64,000 nt of DNA from Candidatus Poribacteria bacterium (GTDB lineage: Bacteria; Poribacteria; WGA-4E; WGA-3G). Within the stretch, counting starts at the first letter, position 1; each line of letters starts with the position of its first letter. The stretch is from the NCBI GenBank assembly GCA_965205015.1, contig OZ242029.1, forward strand, positions 736,001-800,000, in the 5' to 3' direction. Of this stretch, positions 9,404-18,416 are shown one piece after another. Below the pieces are notes generated by a model, which saw nothing but the letters and a program-made list of their open reading frames with translations, ran no database searches and was not told the DNA's origin. The translations under genes were made by a program, and so were the position numbers.

Positions 9404-10915
9404 CTACACTTCACTTTTGATAAAAACCAGAAAGATCACTATAAAGAGAAGGACATTCATCATAAGCAGCAGGAACAAGTCTGGCACTGTTCGTTTTGCA
9501 TTGATGCTGATATCGCTTCTCTGAAATGAGAACTGCGGGAGCGTGTCCCAATCGACGGCACCTTGATCGGAAGAAAACCACTGTCGGGACGCAAATATCT
9601 TTTCATCATAAAAGTAATTGACGATCGCTTGTCGGTAGCGTTGCGCCGCTGTGAAAAAATCCTGGGTGCCATTGAGGTCGGTGCCTGCCCACGCTTCGGT
9701 TGCGGCATCATACAAACCCGCCGGTGAGAACTTCAACAACATTCGTCCTCTGTTTGCCGGTTGGACGTAGATCTTCTCGAATGCTGGCTTTCGGATAAAC
9801 GATGTTCGCTCTGCGGTGTTGACAGTCAACATTCCGAGGTAGTGGTGATAATTCTGGGCGTGTGGCACGTAAGGTTCCGATTTCTCGTCAATCGTTTCAA
9901 GGTCGCCCGCAGCATGGTGGATGTAGTAATATAATAATCTTGATGGCTGGTCTCTTATTATCCCATAAAAATCAAATCCCAAATCTTCTCCTGGGAGAGC
10001 ATCGTTGAGGAGAAACTGCTTCCGCTTTCTCTCAAGTTCCTCCCACATCTGTTTAACCTGATGGTAAGCGGCGGCTTCCGTATCCGTTTGTGGGGCAGTA
10101 TCAACTGCAGTGAGAATCATATTCGGGTAGACGAGTACTAAGAACCCCCAAACGAACATCGAGAGGATAAGCGCAGTACTGGTTCGGCGTGTGATTGCAG
10201 AAATGAGCATGCCAGTGAGGTAGAACAGCGATAGATAGACGACGGACGTAAGAACAATCCCACCGATACGCAGAAAATCATCGGTATTCAGGGAGATCAT
10301 AGCGGATGTCGTCAGCAAAATGAGCATCAGGAGCAGACTTATCAACAACGGCACGAGCAAACAGACCATCGCACCGATATATTTGGCGAACAGGATGGAC
10401 CCACGTCCCACGGGATGGGATAGCACTAAGCGGAGGGTGCCGTGTTCGTATTCTCCAGCGATAGCATCGTAGGCGAAAATAAGTGCCAGTAGGCTAAGAA
10501 CCCCTTGAAAAATAAGGACAATATCAATTGAAGTGAGGATGTTGAAAAATGGATTGTTCGCCTCGTACTTGTCGGCATCCCAAATTGTCGGCGTAAAAGT
10601 ATGGGAAATCGCAATTTTGTTCCCCAGTCGCTTATCTAAACCTGTGTTGAAAATGCTCAACGGGTTCGGCGGACGGTCAACGATCATCTTTCCCCACACG
10701 CCTAACATTCCATCTGAATAGGTTTTGTTGATCTCTCGAAGTTCCTGCCGGTGGGTTTTGACGGCGGTATTATAATCCGCCAACCGCAGTTCATAGTCTT
10801 TGATGAGCACAACGGTATTCGCGACCACGAGCAGCAGCATAATCGCAACAGCTGCCGCAAATCGGAACGTCATGAGATTGTCGAGGAGTTCCCGCCGAAT
10901 GAGTGTTAGAAACAT
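9404..10915 (-). CDS. ABC-2-type transporter permease subunit (type A, copy 2)
   Basis: LIRRELLDNL start, YDAIAGEYEHGTLRLVL motif, multiple TM helices. Confidence 0.8.
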   Translation of the reverse strand: MFLTLIRRELLDNLMTFRFAAAVAIMLLLVVANTVVLIKDYELRLADYNTAVKTHRQELREINKTYSDGMLGVWGKMIVDRPPNPLSIFNTGLDKRLGNKIAISHTFTPTIWDADKYEANNPFFNILTSIDIVLIFQGVLSLLALIFAYDAIAGEYEHGTLRLVLSHPVGRGSILFAKYIGAMVCLLVPLLISLLLMLILLTTSAMISLNTDDFLRIGGIVLTSVVYLSLFYLTGMLISAITRRTSTALILSMFVWGFLVLVYPNMILTAVDTAPQTDTEAAAYHQVKQMWEELERKRKQFLLNDALPGEDLGFDFYGIIRDQPSRLLYYYIHHAAGDLETIDEKSEPYVPHAQNYHHYLGMLTVNTAERTSFIRKPAFEKIYVQPANRGRMLLKFSPAGLYDAATEAWAGTDLNGTQDFFTAAQRYRQAIVNYFYDEKIFASRQWFSSDQGAVDWDTLPQFSFQRSDISINAKRTVPDLFLLLMMNVLLFIVIFLVFIKSEV

Positions 10916-11015
10916 CGCAGTATCACCAAATCCCGTTGTTTATCGTCTGATATGTGTCTGTCTCCCTTTAAGTGTTCACAGGAAACGTGTTGAACGGGCG
11001 TTAAATATAGATAAT

Positions 11016-11076
11016 ATGCTAATATTTTAGCATTTAGAAAAAATGATGTCAAGAAAAAATGCTAAAAATTTAGCAT
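11016..11076 (-). promoter_or_regulatory. sigma70 promoter (TTGACA-17-TAAAAT, extended TG) flanked by two ATGCTAA-N4-TTAGCAT operators
   Basis: -35 at 11047-11052 and -10 at 11024-11029 on the minus strand. Palindromes with perfect 7-bp arms at 11016-11033 (covering the -10) and 11059-11076. Confidence 0.85.
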
Positions 11077-11204
11077 AAATTGATGAAGCACACGATTGAC
11101 CCATCTATAAGTGCCACGGTGAAACTTTCTGCTGATGCATAGGGACCAATACATTCTCTGTCCGTCTCTTGAATTCTCACCTATTGAAACGGCAAAAAGA
11201 CTGT

Positions 11205-12635
11205 CTAAACATCAACACGAAGGAACGAAAGAAACGCACTTGCGAACAATACTGCAAAAAATAGGAGTAATAACAGGATGTCTGTAGTTGCGGCGTTATA
11301 GGCACCGCTGAAACTGATATGATCTTCAAATTTCGGGATTGATTCAAAGCGCACGGGCTTTTGTGAGGTACCCTCTTCGGGACCGATCGCGTGGGGACTC
11401 TCTGGATCCGCACGATCGGTTTCAACGAGAAACGACATGAATGCATCGGCGTATCGGCGCACTTGCTTCAAGAATTGAACGTGCCGTGTGAAACCGGTCC
11501 CGGCAACGGATTCTATCGCATACTGTACACTTGATGCTGGAGATATACGGGTGATGGATCTCGCGAGTCGAATCTGAGCAATTTGAGCGTCTAAGTGCTC
11601 CTCGTTCAATCTCCCGTTGTCTCTTGCATCCTCGGTGAGGTATTTCGACCACAACAGTGTTTCCTCCGTTGCTGGAATCTCTCGCGAGGGTACTTTGCTC
11701 CCAAGTTCGTCGTACTCCTGATAAAAATTATTGGCAAACTGTTGCCGACGGGCGGCGAGTTCGTTACGGGTCATTGTCGGCTGTAAGCCGCTGGTAAGCG
11801 CACCGGTTGTAGAGGGCAGCAGGACGACCCAAACAACCCAAATTAGTAAGAGAATCATGAGACTCGATGACGAATTACTTACGCGAGAGGATATGAGCAG
11901 CCCCAGTCCAAGGAAGATTGACACGTAAACAAAAGCGATGAAGACAATGACGCCCAATCGTCCGCACTCGCTTGGTCCGAGTGGAATACTTCCCGACGTG
12001 TAAAGTAGAAAAAGGTTAATGAATGCGGCAATTAAAAAAGGGATACTGATAGTTATCAATGCTGCAAGAAACTTGCTTACCAATACAGTGCCGCGTGAAA
12101 CGCTATTGGAGAGGGTCAAACGCAGGGTACCTCGTTCGCGGTCCGAAGATATCGCGTCGAAAGTGAATAGGATAGCAATCAAACTCAGCACGATAGAGAC
12201 GATAGCATTCCAATCAACATTTGTATAATCGGGCATAATATTCCATAGGTTTGGATTGGATTGCGGGTATTCCATTCGCCATATCGCACTGATTGAAAAA
12301 CGGCTTGAGCTCATGAGCAGACCTCTGCCAACGCCATCAGCGGATTCGGGTATAAATGTTTCACCACCGTTCGCACAAAAGGAGAGTGGAGACGGTTTTT
12401 TGTAGAGAGTACCGGGTCCTCCCATGAGCAGATAATACAGACTGTCTGCAGTGGATCTCATCTTATCTAAAGACGCTGAGACCTTTTTTTGATATTCTGT
12501 CGATTGCGCCGTGTATTCGCCAAGATACCCGATTGCATTGACGAGCATCAGAGCAATAAGCAATACCGTTGTAAAGGCAAATCGTAGGCTATTCAGATGG
12601 TCATAAAGTTCACGTTTTACAAGGTGCCAAATCAT
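11205..12635 (-). CDS. ABC-2-type transporter permease subunit (type B, copy 1)
   Basis: Start moved to MIWHLVKRELY by alignment with the paralog 8013..9401; FDAISSDRERGTLRLTL motif. Confidence 0.8.
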   Translation of the reverse strand: MIWHLVKRELYDHLNSLRFAFTTVLLIALMLVNAIGYLGEYTAQSTEYQKKVSASLDKMRSTADSLYYLLMGGPGTLYKKPSPLSFCANGGETFIPESADGVGRGLLMSSSRFSISAIWRMEYPQSNPNLWNIMPDYTNVDWNAIVSIVLSLIAILFTFDAISSDRERGTLRLTLSNSVSRGTVLVSKFLAALITISIPFLIAAFINLFLLYTSGSIPLGPSECGRLGVIVFIAFVYVSIFLGLGLLISSRVSNSSSSLMILLLIWVVWVVLLPSTTGALTSGLQPTMTRNELAARRQQFANNFYQEYDELGSKVPSREIPATEETLLWSKYLTEDARDNGRLNEEHLDAQIAQIRLARSITRISPASSVQYAIESVAGTGFTRHVQFLKQVRRYADAFMSFLVETDRADPESPHAIGPEEGTSQKPVRFESIPKFEDHISFSGAYNAATTDILLLLLFFAVLFASAFLSFLRVDV

Positions 12636-12640
12636 TTTAT

Positions 12641-12719
12641 TAGTTGTCGGTCGTCGACTATCGGTTGTCAGCAAGAATGGCTGTCGGTTTCTTTGCCGAC
12701 TGCTGATTGCTGACTGCTA
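12641..12719. repeat. heptamer-based intergenic repeat (GTTGTCG/CTGACTG-type runs in inverted arrangement)
   Basis: tagttgtcggtcgtcgactatcggttgtcagc ... gccgactgctgattgctgactgct. Similar elements at 43949-44054, 44307-44411 and 57881-57966. Confidence 0.6.
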
Positions 12720-12721
12720 AT

Positions 12722-14233
12722 TTACACTTCCTGCCGCACGAATATTAAAAATGCCATCATAAACAGTACAACGTTGATGAGCAGTAAGCAGGCAATATCG
12801 CCGCTGGCGTGCTGCATACCATTCCATATATCGCTCCGACGATAAGAAAACCGTGGTAAATCGCTCCAATCGACTTCTCCTTGATCAGCGGCAAACCATT
12901 TCCGAGAAGAAAAAGCCTTCTTATCATAGAAATAATCAATAATCGTTTGCCGATACCGCTGGACTGTCGTGATAAAATCCTCAATACCGTGGAAATCCGT
13001 TCCTGCCCACGCCTCGGTTGCGAAATCATACATCGCCGCCGGTGAGAAACGCATCAGGTTTTTTGCCACATTTGCTTTGCGAACGTAGATCTGATTTAAA
13101 GCTGCCTGTCGAACCTGCCATGTCCTTTCTGCTGCGCGAATGCGTCGCGGCTCTGCGAATTGAAAGTAAGCTTTGACATGAGGCATCAGGGGTTCTGCCT
13201 CTGGCTTGATACGAATACTGCGAATTTCTGCCTTAGAATACCTGAGCGTCATCGGATCTGAAATATGAGGCGCCCCCCAACTTCCTGAATAAAGTATATT
13301 GGTGTTCAAGTCTTCCCCTTCAATTTCATCGTTCCTTAAGAAATCCATCCGTTCTCTTTCAAAACTTTCCCAGATCTGCTCAATTTCACCATAAGAGGAC
13401 TCCAATTGAGAAGGGGTCTGCCAAAACCGATTGACTGTAAATACGGTGAGGCTTGGATAGATGAGGACCAGGGTGCTCCATATCACCATTGACACCATCA
13501 GGGCAGTCGCGGTTCGGCGTGTGATTGCCGAGATTAACAATCCTATGAGATAAAAAGCGGAGAGATAGATGATTGAGGTAAGTAAAATACCGCCAATCCG
13601 AAGCCAATCATCTCCCGTCAGCAAAATCGACCCAGATACAGAAAATAAGATGAGTGCGAGTAGCAAACTCATGACGACAGGAAGCGTCAGACACGCCAGC
13701 GCACTGATGTACTTTGCCAGGAGAACAACGGAGTGACTGACAGAGTTTGTCAGCGTTAAGCGGAGCGTGCCTGCTTCCCGTTCCCCAGCGATCGCATCGT
13801 GGGCGAAAAGCAGTGCCAGTAGACTGAGAATTACCTGAAAAACCAAAACCAAATCGACGCTCGAAAACAGGTTGAGGAAAGGATTATCCGCACTGTGTGA
13901 TCGGGTATCCCACAGGGTTGGGACAAAGGTATGCCCGATAGTGATAGAGTTGCCGAGCCGTCGATCTAAACCCGCATTGAAAATGCTCAGCGGGTTAGGG
14001 GGTCGGTCTACGCGGATTGCGCCTTCCACCTCCGAATAGGTACTTGTTCTTCTTAAAAACCTCTGATGGTGTTCCTTCACCGCGGTATCATAACTCGTCA
14101 GACGGCGTTCGTAATCGGCAATCAGGACAACGGTATTCGCAACAACCAACGACAGTGTGACGATCATCGCAACGAGGAACCGAAAGGTCATAAGGTTGGC
14201 GAGCAATTCTCGCCGAACGAGAATCAGAAACAT
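12722..14233 (-). CDS. ABC-2-type transporter permease subunit (type A, copy 1)
   Basis: LVRRELLANLMTFRF, HDAIAGEREAGTLRLTL; same length (503 aa) as the paralog 9404..10915. Confidence 0.8.
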   Translation of the reverse strand: MFLILVRRELLANLMTFRFLVAMIVTLSLVVANTVVLIADYERRLTSYDTAVKEHHQRFLRRTSTYSEVEGAIRVDRPPNPLSIFNAGLDRRLGNSITIGHTFVPTLWDTRSHSADNPFLNLFSSVDLVLVFQVILSLLALLFAHDAIAGEREAGTLRLTLTNSVSHSVVLLAKYISALACLTLPVVMSLLLALILFSVSGSILLTGDDWLRIGGILLTSIIYLSAFYLIGLLISAITRRTATALMVSMVIWSTLVLIYPSLTVFTVNRFWQTPSQLESSYGEIEQIWESFERERMDFLRNDEIEGEDLNTNILYSGSWGAPHISDPMTLRYSKAEIRSIRIKPEAEPLMPHVKAYFQFAEPRRIRAAERTWQVRQAALNQIYVRKANVAKNLMRFSPAAMYDFATEAWAGTDFHGIEDFITTVQRYRQTIIDYFYDKKAFSSRKWFAADQGEVDWSDLPRFSYRRSDIWNGMQHASGDIACLLLINVVLFMMAFLIFVRQEV

Positions 14234-16323
14234 GGTATCATCACCGAATCCGACAAGAGTGCTTCAATCATCCAAATTAAGGGTTGACCGCCTATGATAT
14301 CCAAACCTATAAAACTGTATTGCCAATTCCCTGCTTTATCAATCAAGATAAAAGCGGGGATTCTTTTAATCTGATACGCCTTCTTTACTTGCCGATGCGG
14401 GTCAAGTAGAACGGGCCAGGGGGGTTGATACTGTTCTAAAAACTCCCGAACTTTTTGAGGGGCTTCACCGTCACTGATACCCCAGATAACGACATCATCA
14501 ACGTTGCGGAATCGCTCATAGACGAATTCAACTTCCGGAATCACCATGTTGCCCCCATACAACGAAACCCCAACATCAAGCAACACAATCTTACCAGACA
14601 TCGCCGAGAGTGTGTAGGTCTCGCCTTCCAACGTTTCCAAACGAAAATCCGTCGCTTTTTTCTTCAGTCTGTTGGTGATAAGTTTCTCGCGGATTTTTTC
14701 GAGATCCGTCCCTTCTCGAATCCGGTATTCTGCTTCGGTGTCTTTAAGGAATGCCTCAAGCGTATCGGTAGGTTCCCGGCGTTTTATTTCATGATAGAGG
14801 CGTTCCAGGCCCCTCCGACTTTCCGCCCGAGGCATAGGCACAAAGTGTGGGTCGGCGAAGTCATAGTAATGTCTTACCTTCTCAACGCGAGGCATAGGCG
14901 CAAAATATGCATCGGCGTAGTAACGCCTCGCTTCCTCAGAGTCTCCCACTCCTTCCGCTGACCGGCCCAACATATAGAAGTAATTCATGGTATCCTCATT
15001 AAACCTTGCCCAGAGGGACTCCAAATAATCCGGTGCGTTCGCGACAAGTCCATCATGCGCTTCTCTCCATCGTTCCTGCCGGATATAGATTTCACAGCGT
15101 AAACGCGAGATGTTCTTGCGCTCTTCTTCTACAGACCCTTTGTTGTTTTCGACGAGCCATTTCTGTTCCTCTATCTCCCCTAACCTGATGTCAGCACGCG
15201 CTAAAACTTCCCACGCTTTGTCCAATCGGTTGTTAAACTTCAGCCGATATTTAACCGATTCGGTATAAGCCCAACCGAACCACTGCTGTGTCTCCCGGCA
15301 ACAAGAGAGATGTGCCTCCAAGCAGCCGTCAATCAGTTCATCAAGGTCGTCATCATTCGCCAGAGAGCGATCCGCTTCTGCTAATCGTAGTAGTTGTTGA
15401 TACGCTGACCAATGCCAGGACAATATGGGGGTATCTGAGACAGTAAACGCATTAATGACACGTTGGTAATAGTACCACTGTTGAGATGCGTCTTCGCTCC
15501 GTTCAGCTAATCCTAACAATGCTGTCAAATAATTTTCAGTTTTGGGGTATTGCAACATCTTGTCAAACAGACTGTTTGGAACATTCTTTGAGCGACCCGG
15601 AAGCTCCATATATCCCCAATAGACAGTGTTTAATAATTCCGGAGTTTCTGGATGTTCCCTCAGCAGCATTTCGATTTCAGGGAGAATTTTCTTCTTTGCG
15701 TCCTCCGCTGAAAAGGTTTCGACGATTCGTCTCCATTGAGAATGATACGTTTCCAAATCCACAATCAATGCCTCCTGATCCGCCTGTAACCGCTTTCGCG
15801 CCCGATGGAGGCGACTCACGATCGTGTTCACCGGTATATCTAAGAATTCGCCCATCTCCATTGTTGTCATTTCACCGAGATAGTAGAGCCGCATCACCTC
15901 GCGTTCACCTTTCGGCAGTTTTGCCAGAAGATTTTCGACGATTTCATAACGACGCTCCCTCGCTTCTGATTCTTGCTGGTCGGATACATAACGCTCATAC
16001 GTTAAGTTATCTATCTCTTTCACAGACGCGTCACTCAGCGATTGCATCGTAGATTTTTGCTTTCGTATCCAAGAAATGCAAAGCCGATTTGCAATGACAT
16101 AGACCCACCCAGCAAATTGACTGGGGTCCTTAAGCGTTGAGAGTTTGTTGTATGCTTGGAGAAAAGTGTCTTGTGTAATCTCTTCAGCATAGTGAAAATC
16201 TCCGATCTTTCGCCACACAAGGGCATGAACGCTGCTTTGATACTTCTGAACCAAAGTGTTGAATGCCTCGTCGTCGCCCGACAAAACTTTGCGAATCAAC
16301 TGAACATCGTCTTCTCTTTCCAC
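14224..16323 (-). CDS. ECF sigma-70 factor fused to TPR-like repeats and a C-terminal redoxin (TlpA-like) domain lacking CxxC
   Basis: GTG start at 16323 with AGGAG RBS. Region 2 (AEEITQDTFLQAY...FAGWVYVIANR) and region 4 (LPKGEREVMRLYY...IPVNTIVSRLHRARKRL). C-terminal TDFRLETLEG...IPAFILIDKAG. Confidence 0.85.
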   Translation of the reverse strand: MEREDDVQLIRKVLSGDDEAFNTLVQKYQSSVHALVWRKIGDFHYAEEITQDTFLQAYNKLSTLKDPSQFAGWVYVIANRLCISWIRKQKSTMQSLSDASVKEIDNLTYERYVSDQQESEARERRYEIVENLLAKLPKGEREVMRLYYLGEMTTMEMGEFLDIPVNTIVSRLHRARKRLQADQEALIVDLETYHSQWRRIVETFSAEDAKKKILPEIEMLLREHPETPELLNTVYWGYMELPGRSKNVPNSLFDKMLQYPKTENYLTALLGLAERSEDASQQWYYYQRVINAFTVSDTPILSWHWSAYQQLLRLAEADRSLANDDDLDELIDGCLEAHLSCCRETQQWFGWAYTESVKYRLKFNNRLDKAWEVLARADIRLGEIEEQKWLVENNKGSVEEERKNISRLRCEIYIRQERWREAHDGLVANAPDYLESLWARFNEDTMNYFYMLGRSAEGVGDSEEARRYYADAYFAPMPRVEKVRHYYDFADPHFVPMPRAESRRGLERLYHEIKRREPTDTLEAFLKDTEAEYRIREGTDLEKIREKLITNRLKKKATDFRLETLEGETYTLSAMSGKIVLLDVGVSLYGGNMVIPEVEFVYERFRNVDDVVIWGISDGEAPQKVREFLEQYQPPWPVLLDPHRQVKKAYQIKRIPAFILIDKAGNWQYSFIGLDIIGGQPLIWMIEALLSDSVMIPCF

Positions 16324-16406
16324 GCGGCTTTCTCCTAATAAACAGATTGGGGTGTGTTGACATTCGCCAAAAAGTATACGCAAATGCTAAACTTTGTGAA
16401 ATTATA

Positions 16407-16434
16407 GTAGGGGTAGGTCTTGTGCCTACCCACA
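16407..16434 (+). repeat. GTAG-type REP element
   Basis: GTAG-GGGTAGG-TCTTGTG-CCTACCC-ACA; compensatory C-G to T-A pair change relative to the copies at 3794-3870. Confidence 0.75.
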
Positions 16435-16642
16435 CATTACCGAAACCGTCAATACGTTTTCGGGCTTTACTCTAAGCAATGCGACACGGTTCATATCATC
16501 TTCATAAGGTTAGTTGTTAAAGACGCGATTTTGGGCAGGAAACATTGCATAATTTAAAAAAAGTCTGGATTTTTTAGGAATTGTGGGAAGATGAGGGGTT
16601 GTGATCAGATCGTTGGAAAGAGAGTTTGGTTGCAATATGTAA

Positions 16643-16681
16643 GGGCTGTTCAGTTACCCTTGGCGGATAACTCAACAGCCC
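16643..16681 (-). terminator. stem-loop downstream of the DUF4159 gene, possible terminator
   Basis: GGGCTGTT-C-AGTTA...TAACT-C-AACAGCCC imperfect inverted repeat; no clear U-tract. Confidence 0.4.
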
Positions 16682-16724
16682 AAACAAAGTGCGGGGTTAA
16701 AAACCACGCTCAGATATAAAATCT

Positions 16725-18203
16725 CTACTCGAAACCGCTGACTTTCGCAGCTTCAGGTGCGCTCGTCGGGAGTTCCTGCTTGGCTAACGTATCTTCAGGC
16801 ACATAACCGGAGTAGTCAGAAATCTGACCGTGCGTCAACGCATACACCACAACGTTCGTCATGAAACGATAGACACCGGGTGAATAGTGGACACTCCGTG
16901 TCGGGAGACTGACAGACTCCATTGCGCACATGTAATCACGGCGGACCATGATAACCGATAACTTTTCACCGACGGAGATACCTTCAAGGAAGTTCCGTTT
17001 CGGCGGACGTGTGCCCCACCAGAAGATGTCGTATCCGACAGGGGGACCACCCATTTCATAGAAGTTATCGTAAATCTCGTGCTCGTTCGCGATACGTTCA
17101 ATCTGATACTCAGGCATGACATAGCGCATCTGTGCGAGGAAGAGACGAATCATCGCCTGTGCAGGCGCGTTCACACCACAGTCGTCAAAGACGAGGAATC
17201 CACCTTTTTCGACGAGGAAGCGACGCATACCCGCGGCTTCCGTCTCAGTGAGACGGCTATCCATTTTACCGCCACCATACTGCCGTCCGAGCAAGTTACG
17301 AGAACGGGTCAGTGATGGATCATGTCCTGTCATAAAGACGAACGGTGTTTTGAAGAGGTTGGCATCGGTGAGTTTCAATGCGCCACCTTCAACGTTCATG
17401 TCGGTTTTGATTTTCGTACGTTCGTTGAGCCACTTCGTCAATGCGTTGAGGGAAGAAGCATCAGCCCACCAGTCAGAGAGACTGTGACGGATCCGTGTAA
17501 AACGGAAGACGCCTCGGATGTCTTTACCTTTACCGATGACGCGTCCACCGGGTTCGCCTCTGGGCAGGGGTGGCACTTCAACGTTACCGAGGGTGATGTT
17601 TTCAACGACATCGCCGAGAGCATCGCGTGCGGCACCGACGTTTTCAACCATTGCGAGTCCGGGTGGACGTTCAAAAGCGACTTTCACCTGCACGACGCTG
17701 CCTGCGACGCCACGACCGATGTTCGCCGGTCCAGCGGAGGGGGCAGTTGCGACAGGTGCGGAGAACGCCAAGGCACCGGGAGCATCCGAAACGGGTAGGT
17801 CGGCGTGTGTTACAACCGTCGGCGCGGGTGCGTTCGGCGTAACGACTCTCGGTATATTCGGGTTAATCGGGGCGTCCACTTTGACGGTTTGGTTTGAAAA
17901 TTCGAGTACCGTCTGCGGTTGGAAATTCGACTTAGCAACAAACGCAGTCGTTACACGAGGTTGGACTTGAACCTGTTCGACGACAACGGTATTCTGTGTT
18001 GGGACCGTCGGCTTAATTACAGGTTTCACAACAGGTTTCCGGACCTTCGGCTTCGGCGGCTCCTTGGGTTGGAGCACTTCAGCACCCACGAGATCTTTGA
18101 ACTGTTCAGTTTGCGTGACGAGATAAATGCCAGCAATGAACGCTATGACCGCGTGAAGTACCAATGAAGTCATCAAGGCACCTGAGGTTCTTTTTGCACT
18201 CAT
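16725..18203 (-). CDS. membrane-anchored protein with Pro/Val-rich linker and C-terminal DUF4159 domain
   Basis: N-terminal TM 'SLVLHAVIAFIAG', TonB-like P/K/V-rich stalk, then PFVFMTGH, GGFLVFDDC and HEIYDNFY typical of DUF4159. GGAGG RBS. Confidence 0.75.
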   Translation of the reverse strand: MSAKRTSGALMTSLVLHAVIAFIAGIYLVTQTEQFKDLVGAEVLQPKEPPKPKVRKPVVKPVIKPTVPTQNTVVVEQVQVQPRVTTAFVAKSNFQPQTVLEFSNQTVKVDAPINPNIPRVVTPNAPAPTVVTHADLPVSDAPGALAFSAPVATAPSAGPANIGRGVAGSVVQVKVAFERPPGLAMVENVGAARDALGDVVENITLGNVEVPPLPRGEPGGRVIGKGKDIRGVFRFTRIRHSLSDWWADASSLNALTKWLNERTKIKTDMNVEGGALKLTDANLFKTPFVFMTGHDPSLTRSRNLLGRQYGGGKMDSRLTETEAAGMRRFLVEKGGFLVFDDCGVNAPAQAMIRLFLAQMRYVMPEYQIERIANEHEIYDNFYEMGGPPVGYDIFWWGTRPPKRNFLEGISVGEKLSVIMVRRDYMCAMESVSLPTRSVHYSPGVYRFMTNVVVYALTHGQISDYSGYVPEDTLAKQELPTSAPEAAKVSGFE

Positions 18204-18271
18204 TCGTTATTACCTCCAAGGGATATTTGCGTATCCTAAGAAAAAACAAAAGTTGTTGATGCAGGGATATA

Positions 18272-18288
18272 TGCAATTTCCGTGCCAA
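18272..18288 (-). promoter_or_regulatory. sigma54 (-24/-12) promoter of the DUF4159 gene
   Basis: Minus strand TTGGCACGGAAATTGCA matches the TGGCACG-N4-TTGCA consensus, ~70 nt upstream of the ATG. Confidence 0.85.
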
Positions 18289-18336
18289 TGCGAAAAACAG
18301 TGAATTAGCGATGAATCCCTGCATCAAACGGATGCA

Positions 18337-18416
18337 GCTGCACGAAAAGGGGCAATCCTTTTTAAGGCTGCACAAAAAGGGGCAGTCTTTAGCAACCGTG
18401 TGCCCCAAAATTGGAC
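18337..18416. promoter_or_regulatory. putative enhancer-binding-protein sites (UAS) for the sigma54 promoter
   Basis: GCTGCACRAAAAGGGGCARTC at 18337 and 18367 (30-bp period), plus a weaker TGCCCCAAAATTGGAC at 18401; resembles TGCAC...GTGCA NtrC-type boxes. Confidence 0.6.

Noticed and set aside
18337-18387. 21-bp direct repeats as CRISPR or iterons
   Set aside because: Two copies with a 9-nt gap, positioned as enhancer sites upstream of a sigma54 promoter.
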